From a virus: 64,000 nucleotides of DNA. The stretch's first letter is position 1. Every line of letters begins with the position of its first letter. The DNA lies in IMG/VR virus record IMGVR_UViG_3300017646_000001, positions 1-64,000 of that record; one strand, written 5' to 3'. Made by a program: the position numbers and the translations under genes. A model generated the notes under the pieces. That model saw only the letters and a list, made by a program, of their open reading frames with translations, did no database searches and was not told the origin of the DNA. Positions 30,679 to 39,509 of this stretch are shown here, piece after piece.

Positions 30679-32295
30679 ATGGCGATGACCGTCTTAGCAG
30701 CGGCTGGTTGGGAAAACGAGTCGGAAGCGGGGCTCATTCTGCCCGATTCTTTTGGCGGAAATCGTTTCCAAATAATCTCTGATCCCGCTATTGTACGCCG
30801 ACCTGGATCTCAATGCATAACCAATTTAGATGCTTATGCTTCCGGCAGCGAGACCGTGGGTCGTTTACTAAATATCAATAAAAGCACTTCGGAATTCGTA
30901 AACGAGTATCATAGATTTAGTATTAGCTACAATATTCGGGGCAACCCAACGCGTAGCGGTGATCGCATTGGAGGGCCGGGATTGTATCCTTCTTTGCCTG
31001 CAGGGACGGTTGATAGTAACTTTCAATGCGTTTTTGGTCATTGTGTGTTTGTAAGTTTAAGCTTTATAGGGGCTTACAACGGCGCTGCCAATTATTTTGA
31101 TATTACCGCTACAAACAACCCTTACTTTCCAGATGCACCAAGTGACGACGTCTGGCGTCATGTCGAAATATTGTGGGAACAAACGTCTGGGCTGACTGGC
31201 AAGATTATGCTGTTCGTCGACGGAGTGCTTCAAGCTTCGCGCGATACGTGTACATTAGCGGACTACCCTAGGATTAATTTTCATGCCTATCGGTATGTTG
31301 GCGGAAGCGGGAATTTTTATTATCGGGGAAAGTTTGCGCCGTACATAGATGACGTCATCTTAGCTGTGGGCGGGGCGACAGGTGAACGCATGGGCATAAG
31401 CTATGTCTCGGCCGCTCCGCTCATCGCGGATATTAACACGGGATCGTTTACGGGTTCGGGCGGAGAAACCTCCGATTTGTATACCCTAGTCGACAAATTA
31501 GCCACCCCTAGCGTAGAAGAATATATAGAAACAGAAGTAACCGAAGACTCTGTTGTGTTTGGTCCGGTTGGTAATATACCTACGAACGCTATTATCCGCG
31601 CAGTTAATCTAACTGTAGAAGTAGCGTCTAATGGTGACCCTGCTGTAGCCCAATTAAAACTCAATGGTGTAAATTCACTGTCCACTAATTTGAATGAAGA
31701 TGGCACCCCTCGTTATGCTGAAACGTCGTGGAATAATGTAGACCCTGCTAATGGCCAGAATTGGAGTGCTGCAAAGCTGTCCGCATTGAGTGCTGCTATA
31801 AACAACACTTTGGATGCTGCTCCTATTCGGCACTTTGTCGGGCGCTACATGCGCCTAGCCATTTTGGCTTCAGGTAACAATAATACTTATCCTAATTTGA
31901 TTGAGGTTATCGCCAAATCTTACGGCGGTGATAGTGACGTATGTTTACAGCCAGGCACTACGGCATCAGCTAGTTCTACGTACGATAGTACCTACAGCGC
32001 TCAAGGCCCTATTAACGGCATAATTGAAAACGTAAATGTATCTACGAGTCGTCCAGATACTTGGTCCCCTACTGGCGCTAATATAGCTAGCGCGGATCGA
32101 TCCTGCTGGTGGCAAGTAGATTTCGGCTATCGTAAACAGATTGCAGAAATATACCTAGTAGCGAGGCAAAGCTTAGATAGGGTGCCAACCAGTGTGGCTA
32201 TTATGTATAGTGATGACGGAGAAAACTGGGCGGACGCTCTGGTAGCCTCTGGATTGACTTATGCTTCGGACACCACCCCCACTAGGATATACTAA
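30679..32295 (+). CDS. Virion protein paralogue 4 with extra C-terminal discoidin (F5/8 type C)-like domain
   Basis: WRHVEILWE...LFVDGVLQ; IRAVNL...DPANGQNWS; WWQVDFG...IMYSDDGENW. Confidence 0.7.
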   Translation: MAMTVLAAAGWENESEAGLILPDSFGGNRFQIISDPAIVRRPGSQCITNLDAYASGSETVGRLLNINKSTSEFVNEYHRFSISYNIRGNPTRSGDRIGGPGLYPSLPAGTVDSNFQCVFGHCVFVSLSFIGAYNGAANYFDITATNNPYFPDAPSDDVWRHVEILWEQTSGLTGKIMLFVDGVLQASRDTCTLADYPRINFHAYRYVGGSGNFYYRGKFAPYIDDVILAVGGATGERMGISYVSAAPLIADINTGSFTGSGGETSDLYTLVDKLATPSVEEYIETEVTEDSVVFGPVGNIPTNAIIRAVNLTVEVASNGDPAVAQLKLNGVNSLSTNLNEDGTPRYAETSWNNVDPANGQNWSAAKLSALSAAINNTLDAAPIRHFVGRYMRLAILASGNNNTYPNLIEVIAKSYGGDSDVCLQPGTTASASSTYDSTYSAQGPINGIIENVNVSTSRPDTWSPTGANIASADRSCWWQVDFGYRKQIAEIYLVARQSLDRVPTSVAIMYSDDGENWADALVASGLTYASDTTPTRIY

Positions 32296-33941
32296 TGCCG
32301 TTTAAGGTCATTTCCTACCTACCACAAGTTGTTTGGTCCGAGATTCTGCTCGACAAGACGGATGTAGCTCAGTTAATGGCCCAGGTGGTGGCGGGTTCGA
32401 CTGGTCCTGTGCCGGCTACTGCCGTGCGGGCGGCTCAGCTAGCAGTTCAAGTGGTGACCAGTTCTAGCACCGTACTGCCTAACCCGCCAACCAAGTTTTA
32501 TCAACAGCAGCAGTTCGCTCTCATACAAACCGAGCCGCCAGAATACACAGCCGTTCATCAGATAGAACACCTGGCGCTATGGGAAGACCCTATAATACCT
32601 GGTACTAACGCGTTCCAGGTGCAACAGCTGGCTCTGGCGGTTACTGAACCGCCCATTCCTAACATTCTGAACCAGGTTAGCCAGTTAGCCTTATATAATG
32701 AATTTCCGTTTGGCAACACCGAGCTCTATCAGCAGTCCACACTAGCGCTCATACTAATTGAGCCCCCGCCACTGATGGAGTTTCGTCAGCTATCCAGCGT
32801 GCGAAGTGCGGCGGTAGCCAAAGACTCTCCTAACCCCAACTATATTCTGTCGCATCGCACTCAACTTTCCGCGATTAAACAGCTGGCAGAATCTGCAGTT
32901 AAAGCCGATCCCGAAGAGATTCAGTCGCACACCGCTTTGTTGATGTTAGCAATACAGCGTGTAAAACCCGTTGTGATGCTAAACCCTGACTCTATTTTTG
33001 GTAGTGTGATTCAGCAGTCCGTCGTGCGTCAAGCCGTTCGAACCAAAGCCAAGTCTAACCCGGAAGACGTAATAGCGGCCTCACATTTGTATCAAAGCAC
33101 GCGCATGTCGGCGATAGGGTTGTTAAAATCCGATCCCAATAACGTGTTTTCTACCCAGGCATTGTACTTACAAGCACGTTTATTGCTCGCGTCTTCGGCC
33201 AAAGCGAATCCTAATTCAGTCATTTCAGCGCGTTCATTGCGGTCGGTTTCCAAGCAGGTAGTCAGGCCTCAAGTTTTATCCGACCCAGAATTCATTAGCT
33301 CACCTACTAAGCTGCTACATCAAGCGCTTCAGGTGGTGATTTCCACGGATTTCCGCAATCCTTCGGGTATTAATTCTAATACCAATCATTTTTACACAGC
33401 CAAGTTTTTAGCTGAGTCTAAAAACATGGTTGATCCGTCTGAAATTATTTCATACTCACAACTCCGGTATACGGCCAAGTTGAGCCCCGTGTCTAAGCCC
33501 ATGCTGGACCCTGACTCTGTGGTTTCTCAGCGTCGTTTGTATTCAGCACGCAAGATGTTTGTTCGGCCTGTCGAAATGCCAGATCCGGCTCAAACAGTAT
33601 CCCCCCAACAGGCGCGCGCAAACAATCGGCACGTTGCCGTAGCGCTAAATATGTTAGACCCGGGTCGAATCCTAAGCCACCGTCGCGTGATGTCCATGCT
33701 ACGTCAAATCTCGTCGAATAAGACGATGCCCGACCCTAATCAGGTGGTGGAAGGGCTGCAGCACTGGAGCGTGGGGCGTTGCACGGCTATTGCTAAGGAA
33801 ATGCGAAACCCAGCTAGCATTATTCCGTTCACTACTCACCACGTTGCTCGCCGGCTTATAGCCGAAAGTAAGATTATGCCTAACCCCAACGTAATGGGAG
33901 CGTCTAACATTCCCGTTACCATAATCAACATCTTGCGCTAA
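32295..33941 (+). CDS. Tandem-repeat virion protein (short Q-rich repeats, then 25-aa repeats)
   Basis: 15 [DN]P motifs spaced 25 aa apart, preceded by QxxQVV and QxxxLAL repeats. Confidence 0.75.
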   Translation: MPFKVISYLPQVVWSEILLDKTDVAQLMAQVVAGSTGPVPATAVRAAQLAVQVVTSSSTVLPNPPTKFYQQQQFALIQTEPPEYTAVHQIEHLALWEDPIIPGTNAFQVQQLALAVTEPPIPNILNQVSQLALYNEFPFGNTELYQQSTLALILIEPPPLMEFRQLSSVRSAAVAKDSPNPNYILSHRTQLSAIKQLAESAVKADPEEIQSHTALLMLAIQRVKPVVMLNPDSIFGSVIQQSVVRQAVRTKAKSNPEDVIAASHLYQSTRMSAIGLLKSDPNNVFSTQALYLQARLLLASSAKANPNSVISARSLRSVSKQVVRPQVLSDPEFISSPTKLLHQALQVVISTDFRNPSGINSNTNHFYTAKFLAESKNMVDPSEIISYSQLRYTAKLSPVSKPMLDPDSVVSQRRLYSARKMFVRPVEMPDPAQTVSPQQARANNRHVAVALNMLDPGRILSHRRVMSMLRQISSNKTMPDPNQVVEGLQHWSVGRCTAIAKEMRNPASIIPFTTHHVARRLIAESKIMPNPNVMGASNIPVTIINILR

Positions 33942-33943
33942 AT

Positions 33944-34366
33944 ATGCTTACGTGGTTTAAGTTTGCCTGGGACAATCGAGCCAACATTGCACTCGCCCTG
34001 CTTTTGTTGGCTGTAGGCGTGCAAACCTACCGTTTGGAATCTTCTCAGGAAGACTACACTAGGCTGGAGACTCAACACAATCAGGTTAAGCTAGACCTCA
34101 AAACCGCTAAGGAAGCTAACCAGATCTTAGCTACGGCGGTACGTCAAAACAACGAGGCCATTATAGAGCTATCTCGGCAACGACAAAGCCTGGATACGGC
34201 GCTTCTATTTGCACAAGACCAGAACCGCGCCGTGGAATCGCAACTAGCCACTACTCTGAAGCGTATTCAGGATGCTGATGTATCCGACAACGCGGAAGAA
34301 GCCATCCAATGGAGCTCGGAGATGAATAATGAATTGGCGAATGCTTGGAACCGCGCTGCTCGTTAG
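33944..34366 (+). CDS. i-spanin (Rz-like)
   Basis: N-terminal TM helix and long coiled coil; overlaps a lipoprotein gene. Confidence 0.8.
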   Translation: MLTWFKFAWDNRANIALALLLLAVGVQTYRLESSQEDYTRLETQHNQVKLDLKTAKEANQILATAVRQNNEAIIELSRQRQSLDTALLFAQDQNRAVESQLATTLKRIQDADVSDNAEEAIQWSSEMNNELANAWNRAAR

Positions 34367-34649
34367 TGTACTAACCGGGTGTAGCACTGCGTCTGAACCG
34401 CACACGGTGTTCCAACCCACTGAAGTGATAGTAGCCGAAGTCTCCGCTGCGAAAGAAATCCAGCTTCCTGCTCGACCCGTTTTGGCCATAGTGCCCGCTA
34501 CTGAAAAGCGGGACAGTCAAAAGGTTAAGATCATACAGTCCAACCTACAGCGTGTCTCCTCCTATGCACAACAGCTAGAGAACCTTATCTTGGAGTATAA
34601 CAAAGCTATACGGCGCAATGCCGCGTCATCTCCAGGAACACAGGAATAA
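34329..34649 (+). CDS. o-spanin (Rz1-like lipoprotein)
   Basis: Signal peptide with lipobox LTGC; LPARP.L and YAQQLE segments. Confidence 0.82.
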   Translation: MNWRMLGTALLVSVLTGCSTASEPHTVFQPTEVIVAEVSAAKEIQLPARPVLAIVPATEKRDSQKVKIIQSNLQRVSSYAQQLENLILEYNKAIRRNAASSPGTQE

Positions 34650-34876
34650 TGGACTACTCGGACGAAGCCACTCAACAAGAAGAACTTAACCTGCGCGTGG
34701 CTGCAGCCAATCAAGCCGCCCGTGCTGCGCAATCTCGGTTACGGCCATGCGGCCGTTGTTATTATTGCAACGAACCCGTAGCCGCTTCAGGATTATTTTG
34801 TGATGAGCATTGTCGGGACGACTACGAGGCCGAACAGCGTATTCGCGCTAATCAAGGCTTGCGCCGCGTGCATTGA
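34649..34876 (+). CDS. TraR/DksA-like C4 zinc-finger protein
   Basis: N-terminal MDYSDEA..QEE; CYYC...FCDEHC. Confidence 0.65.
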   Translation: MDYSDEATQQEELNLRVAAANQAARAAQSRLRPCGRCYYCNEPVAASGLFCDEHCRDDYEAEQRIRANQGLRRVH

Positions 34877-35371
34877 CTACGAAGCGTTGATGAGCATACG
34901 GGTAATGGCGTCCACTGGCATACCGTCCAGGGTGCGCACGCCCCACAGTCGGCATATTTGAATCGCGTGTTGTATTAGAATGCCGTTGTGCTCGGTGGCT
35001 TTCACAGTACGTCGGTCAATTGCTGCGCAGTCACCTACGGGCAATCCAGCTTGCAGTATAGCAATAGCAGGCCATTGGCCCTCATTCACGCCATACTCAG
35101 CGCGTAGCTTGTGATAAAGATGGGTATTGGTTTGTTCTCGCGAACAGTCTAAAGACCAATAGTCCGCTCTGCCGTCTTGCCCTAACCACCGCAAGGCTAA
35201 TTGTAAAGCTTGGGGTACGCCGTAGGCAATGATGCGCGCTTTGTGCTCACGAGCTAAGCCTAGTATCAACTGCGCGCCCGAATTATCCAAGCTGTTTTGA
35301 TAAAAGGCCGATCTCGTTGGATCGGCCAAGCCTGGGGCGTAAACCAACAGCGCAGGCTGGGTGGTTGTCAC
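34877..35371 (-). CDS. Hypothetical protein (possibly degenerate SLOG/DprA-like)
   Basis: ATGA-coupled operon member; weak HAIQICRLWGV resemblance only. Confidence 0.45.
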   Translation of the reverse strand: MTTTQPALLVYAPGLADPTRSAFYQNSLDNSGAQLILGLAREHKARIIAYGVPQALQLALRWLGQDGRADYWSLDCSREQTNTHLYHKLRAEYGVNEGQWPAIAILQAGLPVGDCAAIDRRTVKATEHNGILIQHAIQICRLWGVRTLDGMPVDAITRMLINAS

Positions 35372-35595
35372 GCTGGACTCCCGAATTCAACCTTGAGTTC
35401 TTCGGGCAGGTGTTCCCAAGCGAATCGGCGCAGCAGGTCGAACGAGACGCTGCTGGCCGTAACGGATTCCTTGCGGAAGCGCAGCGTTGGGTGCTGCCGG
35501 CGGGCGAAAATCAGCATGCCCATAGCACGTACATGTTCCATGTTCTTCGGATCGAAGTCCACTTCGTTCATGGCGGGGTCTTTGAGAATAGCCAC
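35368..35595 (-). CDS. Hypothetical early protein
   Basis: GGAGG RBS, operon tiling. Confidence 0.55.
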   Translation of the reverse strand: MAILKDPAMNEVDFDPKNMEHVRAMGMLIFARRQHPTLRFRKESVTASSVSFDLLRRFAWEHLPEELKVEFGSPA

Positions 35596-35597
35596 GG

Positions 35598-35849
35598 TTA
35601 TGCCTCCAGTTTGAGGGCTTGACTTAGCATCAAACCCAGATTGTGAAAGTACAGAGCCGAGCGCGGCGCGCCTTCAGGCTCTGTGGGAAAACGAATGTAA
35701 CCGTCCCGCCCTACTGCGCCAGTAGGGGCTACTGTAGCGAATTCGTGCAGGCCGGCTTTGTTTTGACGCACTACAGCCTTGACTTGGCCTTGATACCGGC
35801 ACAGCAGGCCATTCATGGAAGATACGAAACTCCACTTGGACTTCATCAC
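35598..35849 (-). CDS. Hypothetical early protein
   Basis: GTGA-coupled to upstream ORF. Confidence 0.55.
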   Translation of the reverse strand: MMKSKWSFVSSMNGLLCRYQGQVKAVVRQNKAGLHEFATVAPTGAVGRDGYIRFPTEPEGAPRSALYFHNLGLMLSQALKLEA

Positions 35850-36199
35850 GCCACCCAGTACTCTAGCGCGCGCTTTTCGGGCAGCGGGATGGACAGAATG
35901 TGCGACAAGTATGCCATGCCACGGGGCTCCAGCGTCACGCTTTCGATCACGGGTCCGCTGCTGGGACCGCCATCCACTGCAACATTAATCAACTGATTGG
36001 ACAGCAGCTGTTGGATGGCTATTTGTTGGGCTTCCGTCTGCGCGCGTCGGCTGGATGGAATGTAGTCGGGCAGGACGCTGCGCACGTGAGCAGATAGCAG
36101 AATCTCTAACTGCATCGGGGTCACGACGACAGTGTTGTTAGAGATTAGGACGTGCTCTTTGCCCACTTGACACAAGGTTTTCATGGTTGAATTTTGCAC
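35846..36199 (-). CDS. Hypothetical early protein
   Basis: AAGGAG RBS, operon tiling. Confidence 0.6.
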   Translation of the reverse strand: MQNSTMKTLCQVGKEHVLISNNTVVVTPMQLEILLSAHVRSVLPDYIPSSRRAQTEAQQIAIQQLLSNQLINVAVDGGPSSGPVIESVTLEPRGMAYLSHILSIPLPEKRALEYWVA

Positions 36200-36519
36200 G
36201 AAGTATACTCCTTCTGGTTGGCGATCCGGGCCAGTTGGCCTGCGTACTTCATCAAACGCTCGCGTACCAGGGAAATTCGTCCTGGAGTCAGAGAACCAAA
36301 ACGCAGTAGGTATTGCGCCTGCACGGTCATGGCTTTGGCGTCAAAAGCGTTGAATCCGACGCCGTTGTGCTCCAGGGTCTCTTGCGCGCCACGCTCCTGG
36401 TCGGTCTGAAGCCGATAAATAGCCAGGAGACCCCGCTCCACCGCTCGATCGCGAGCGGCGAGCATCTCCTGTATGGCTTCTTTCGTCCAGGCCCGACGCG
36501 GTTGGGCTCGGGCCGTCAT
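36181..36519 (-). CDS. Phage hypothetical protein
   Basis: RGLLAIYRLQT..E....T.EHNGVGF...DA...KYAGQL looks like a recurrent phage family; GAGG RBS. Confidence 0.65.
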   Translation of the reverse strand: MTARAQPRRAWTKEAIQEMLAARDRAVERGLLAIYRLQTDQERGAQETLEHNGVGFNAFDAKAMTVQAQYLLRFGSLTPGRISLVRERLMKYAGQLARIANQKEYTSCKIQP

Positions 36520-36522
36520 GGC

Positions 36523-37062
36523 TTAGGCCTCGACTGCGTTCGGTCGACCCCAGAGGCTTTCGGCCAGCTTAGCCAGCTTGCGGCGCAGCTCGGGAATCTT
36601 GCCGCTCGACCCGTTGGCGCGCGGCTTGAAGCCCATCCAGAGCACGATGTCGCCGATCTTTTCGGGTTCGAAGTCACCCAGAATTTCGACCGAGCGCAAC
36701 AGGTTTTGGTCGTTGTAGTATTGGTCCAGTTCTTCCAGTCGGCAGACAGCGTACAGGAACTTGCGCTCCTGCTCGTCGCCCGCGTCGTGCAGACGCTGGA
36801 CCAGTTGGTTGAACAGCACAAGGTCCAGGGCCGACGTCTGGCGCTCGTCTTCGAACAGATGCTTTTGGTCGTCCCAGTGGTCGGTGGCTTCACGGGCCGT
36901 GTACTGGCGGTGATAGTCGATGGCGTGGTTGCGCGCCGACGTGTGATCCTTGCCCAGGCACACCCGGGCATAGCGGTATTCTTCTTGGAAGATGGACGTG
37001 GTTTTGACGGTCGAGTCGGAAGCGGATTGGACGACGTTGGAGAGGGAGTCGTAGCGTGACAT
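36523..37062 (-). CDS. Hypothetical early protein
   Basis: Strong codon bias, operon tiling. Confidence 0.7.
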   Translation of the reverse strand: MSRYDSLSNVVQSASDSTVKTTSIFQEEYRYARVCLGKDHTSARNHAIDYHRQYTAREATDHWDDQKHLFEDERQTSALDLVLFNQLVQRLHDAGDEQERKFLYAVCRLEELDQYYNDQNLLRSVEILGDFEPEKIGDIVLWMGFKPRANGSSGKIPELRRKLAKLAESLWGRPNAVEA

Positions 37063-37097
37063 AGTATGTGCTCGTCTGTGGTCTGTGTGGATAGGGA

Positions 37098-37697
37098 TTA
37101 GGCCAGGTTCAGCTTCGCACCCTTCTTGATCAGGGCGCGGGCGCGGATCGTGATGTTCATCTTGATCAGGCCGTACTGACGACCTTCCGCCTTGTAGGCC
37201 GCGATCGTGGCGAGATAGTCATCTTCGATCTCGGGCGGCAGAGCCATGCCCCGCACTTTCGCACCCAGCGTGTCGTAGTCGGTTGCACCGCGCAGGTACA
37301 CGGCCAACGCGTCACCCACGTCCCTCTTGCCTGCCGTCTTGGCGTTGGCCGGCTTCTTGACCGGAGCGGCTTCCACTGCTTCTTCTTGCTTGCCTGCCTC
37401 GATGGCGTCGTCCTGCTTGGCTTTCACTTCCACCGCACCCGCCGCCTTGAGGCCGGCGTCGGCAGCGGCTTGAGCCTCTACCAGGGTCAACTCGCTGGGA
37501 CGGAATTCGGCGCGGTAGCCATCTTCCACACGCTCAGCAAAGATGCGAAAGCCGACGCCCATCGGACGCGCACCGATCACTTTGTACTCGCGGTCGAACA
37601 CCGAAACGGACAGGCCCAGTTCGGCCGGCTTACCGCCAATCATGGCGCGCTTGCCCGAGCTGTTCACGAAGGTGGTGGGGATGGTCTTGGTCGTCAT
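37098..37697 (-). CDS. Highly expressed early protein, A/K-rich, first in operon
   Basis: AGGAG RBS, strong codon bias, directly behind consensus promoter. Confidence 0.75.
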   Translation of the reverse strand: MTTKTIPTTFVNSSGKRAMIGGKPAELGLSVSVFDREYKVIGARPMGVGFRIFAERVEDGYRAEFRPSELTLVEAQAAADAGLKAAGAVEVKAKQDDAIEAGKQEEAVEAAPVKKPANAKTAGKRDVGDALAVYLRGATDYDTLGAKVRGMALPPEIEDDYLATIAAYKAEGRQYGLIKMNITIRARALIKKGAKLNLA

Positions 37698-37754
37698 GTT
37701 AATCTCCTAGAGGAAAGGGGCGAAGGATGCTGTGGGAGTGCTCCTTCAGATTAA

Positions 37755-37783
37755 ATTATAACATGACTTTGCGTCTTACGCAA
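37755..37783 (-). promoter_or_regulatory. Sigma70-type early promoter TTGCGT-17-TATAAT with extended -10 (TGn)
   Basis: Minus strand reads TTGCGT aagacgcaaagtcatgt TATAAT, followed by a short 5' hairpin and AGGAG. Confidence 0.85.
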
Positions 37784-37876
37784 CCCCTGAAAGTTGCTTG
37801 AAAGACAAGAATTTTCACTGAAGACCCATGTTCTTCATCGTGACTCGAAGTCATATCAGAATTTTCTTCGTAATGT

Positions 37877-37948
37877 TTTCAAGTTTGATGAAGGACAAGG
37901 CACTTCGAGATATATTCTAAAAAATCTTGTCCTTCATCAAACTTGAAA
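37877..37948. repeat. Perfect 23-bp inverted repeat with 26-bp spacer
   Basis: tttcaagtttgatgaaggacaag (37877-37899) and cttgtccttcatcaaacttgaaa (37926-37948). Confidence 0.95.
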
Positions 37949-37965
37949 TTATAAGCGCCGCTTCA

Positions 37966-37989
37966 GAACGTTGCGTCGACGCAACGTTC
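37966..37989. repeat. Perfect 24-bp palindrome
   Basis: gaacgttgcgtcgacgcaacgttc, overlapping the primase stop codon. Confidence 0.95.
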
Positions 37990-38953
37990 ATAATATGGAC
38001 AACGAGTGTGACCGGGCTAAATGCAGCATGCGGTCCCAACTGCGCTGATCCATATCCTTTAGTCCTACTAATATAGACCGAGTGGAATTGTTCACCGGCA
38101 GCATATGCTTGCGCGTGTGGCGCAGCCACCGATCAAAACCCATGGAGTTCGGGTCTTGGCCCATGGGCAGCACCGCTATAGACACCTGTTTGCCTGCCGG
38201 CAGTAAGCTCTCAGCTGAATTCATTAATGCTTCGATCTCTCCCCCGTCGTATACTATGCAGATGTGTTCTACAGGCAGATCGGCAATAGCTCTTAGCTGT
38301 CGATAGGTAGCGCTCTTGCCATACGTGGCCACGCTACCCCAACCCGGCACACCGTGCGTGCTAATTGCGCTAAAGCATCCTTCTCCTACAAACACGCCTA
38401 CGTCGTTCGGTTGGCACAGTCTCAACCCATACACGGGCTTATCCGCTTTGGAGGGGGACACGTATTTGATTTTATCCGCTTCCAGATATCGGGCCTGGAA
38501 GAAATTGGTATATTGTCCATCCACCACATCGGGCAGCACGATCATGCGCTTGGGAAACTCGGCGGCGCGCATTTCCCAACGTGCGATGGTGTCTAGATCA
38601 AATCCGCGCTTTTGCGTTAAATATTCCAGCGCCCAGCCCACTTCATGAGCAGGTTGTGTCCAGGAGAGATTATATTTCTGTTCTTTGGGTTTCTTGCGTT
38701 CTTCAAGAGCAATATGGGATTCGTACAACTGGGTTACCGTGGGTACGGTATCATCCACGATTACCGTCTTGCACTTCTGGCAAGAGCCCACGCGCTTAAC
38801 AGGATTCCAGTATAGCCGCCGGCCCTTGTCTGGTTTGCCTCTAACCGACTCGCAGAATGGGCAGTTAATACTCCACTCGTGTGCAGTGCGATGCCATTCA
38901 CCCCGCACTTCCCAGAAAGAACGAGGCTTGGCTTTACGTTCCAAATAGGCCAT
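37988..38953 (-). CDS. DNA primase (zinc finger plus TOPRIM)
   Basis: CPFC...CQKC; VFVGEGCFSAIS; IVYDGGE; PMGQDPN. Confidence 0.88.
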   Translation of the reverse strand: MAYLERKAKPRSFWEVRGEWHRTAHEWSINCPFCESVRGKPDKGRRLYWNPVKRVGSCQKCKTVIVDDTVPTVTQLYESHIALEERKKPKEQKYNLSWTQPAHEVGWALEYLTQKRGFDLDTIARWEMRAAEFPKRMIVLPDVVDGQYTNFFQARYLEADKIKYVSPSKADKPVYGLRLCQPNDVGVFVGEGCFSAISTHGVPGWGSVATYGKSATYRQLRAIADLPVEHICIVYDGGEIEALMNSAESLLPAGKQVSIAVLPMGQDPNSMGFDRWLRHTRKHMLPVNNSTRSILVGLKDMDQRSWDRMLHLARSHSLSIL

Positions 38954-38957
38954 GGAG

Positions 38958-39509
38958 TTAGTAGAATTTCAGCTCAAGTTCAGAGTGATCTGCACGTACG
39001 CGGTGTCCAGACTCTCTGATACGGTTCCACAGCGCAATCTTTTCGCTAGCCGTCATGCGATAATCAGCTAGTTTATCCACCACTTCGTTAAACCGATTGC
39101 CGACGTGACCGCGCGTGTGCGCCCACCGTATTTTGAACCGTATTACTCCCATCATGATGGAGATGGCTTTCCACTCGGGTTGGTTTTTGATAATATCGCC
39201 GCCGTGGCCGCGCCAATCAGATTCTAACCAGTGTCGCAGTCTTAGAGCTGCGCCCTTGATTACGTATTCAGAGTCTGACACCACTATCAGCGAGTGATCA
39301 CGCGGCTTCTCTTTCCATTCATGGTAAGCGAGCAACCCTTGAATTACGGCGCGAAGTTCCATCTTGTTAGAAGTGGTATCTTCGATTGGCTGCTCGTTAT
39401 ATCCCACTCGATGGATATGACCGTCCATGACGACGGCGTAGCTCCAGCCACCCACCCGCTTGGTGTTGTGGCCAGAGCCGTCCGCGTAAACGTAGACCTC
39501 CTTATACAT
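38958..39509 (-). CDS. rnhA: Ribonuclease HI
   Basis: YADGS, TSNKMELRAV, SDSEYVI, HTRGHVG.RFNE.VD.LA. Confidence 0.95.
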   Translation of the reverse strand: MYKEVYVYADGSGHNTKRVGGWSYAVVMDGHIHRVGYNEQPIEDTTSNKMELRAVIQGLLAYHEWKEKPRDHSLIVVSDSEYVIKGAALRLRHWLESDWRGHGGDIIKNQPEWKAISIMMGVIRFKIRWAHTRGHVGNRFNEVVDKLADYRMTASEKIALWNRIRESGHRVRADHSELELKFY

